A stretch of 64,000 nt of DNA from Lingula anatina (taxonomy: Eukaryota > Animalia > Brachiopoda). The stretch's first letter is position 1. Every line of letters begins with the position of its first letter. Position numbers and translations under genes: made by a program. The stretch spans positions 7,068,001 through 7,132,000 of the forward strand of contig CM120647.1 in the NCBI GenBank assembly GCA_051362555.1. Reading direction: 5' to 3'. The notes beneath the pieces were generated by a model. The model did no database searches and was not told the origin of the DNA. It was given only the letters and a program-made list of their open reading frames with translations. This document shows positions 63,515 through 64,000 of the stretch, piece by piece.

Positions 63515-64000
63515 TACATACATCCATCAAAAGACATTCCCTGCTGAAAACATTTGTTACCATACAACCAAGCCTGTCTTCCACCAAAAACACTGTCATG
63601 AGCAGGTGCAATCGTCTTAGGTCAAAATGACCTGGCTGGGGTGAAAATGTGGCGGTTGAACACAGTTTCCCATACATTATTGGTCATTCCATGGTGTCCC
63701 GAACAAGGCCAAGGAGCGAGTAAAATATCTCTTTTAATTTAAATCAACATCAAAACTGCATCAAAACTGTAACACAGGCAAGGGGCCTTATTTCTCCACT
63801 ATTGAAGCCAAATCACATAAACCCTTTTATACCGGCAGGGGTCGTTCACACACATAAACGTTTATTCATAAAGGGCCTTTATAAACTTCAATTACCCAGG
63901 AGTTTTCATGTGCAATGCAGCAAAATATGTTCCCTTTTTTAAATATGTAACCATGCTAGGCTACTTCCAAACATTTCTTCGTGTAGGTGTAATCGCCTTA

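Larger units (their letters stand above)
46064..64000 (+). repeat. Segmental duplication, copy 2 (continues past window end)
   Basis: Collinear with 6753-24450. The last 60 nt of the window match 24390-24450. Confidence 0.9.

Overview
AT-rich, intron- and transposon-rich animal DNA. It looks like a marine invertebrate, but the taxon cannot be fixed from sequence alone. The main content is the 3' part of a + strand multi-exon gene. Its GT-AG exons join without stops into about 879 aa: 4.5 group-A (6-Cys) SRCR domains, each split over two phase-1 exons, then a ~250-aa Thr/Pro mucin stalk, a Ly6/uPAR (three-finger) domain and a GPI-type hydrophobic C-terminus (stop 45333, AATAAA at 45525). Two extra SRCR half-exons at 4.6-5.3 kb lack partners, and one has a dead acceptor. 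A ~17.7-kb block (6.75-24.45 kb) is repeated ~39.4 kb downstream (46.06-64 kb, running off the window). It carries a ~2.2-2.5-kb macrosatellite, a THAP-encoding TIR element, a hairpin-ended Crypton-like element and an orphan CUB-like exon. The rest is LINE relics, Tc1 relics, MITEs, a foldback element, Helentron/DINE-like elements and microsatellites. Most short ORFs in the supplied track are spurious. All calls are by-eye; no searches were run.
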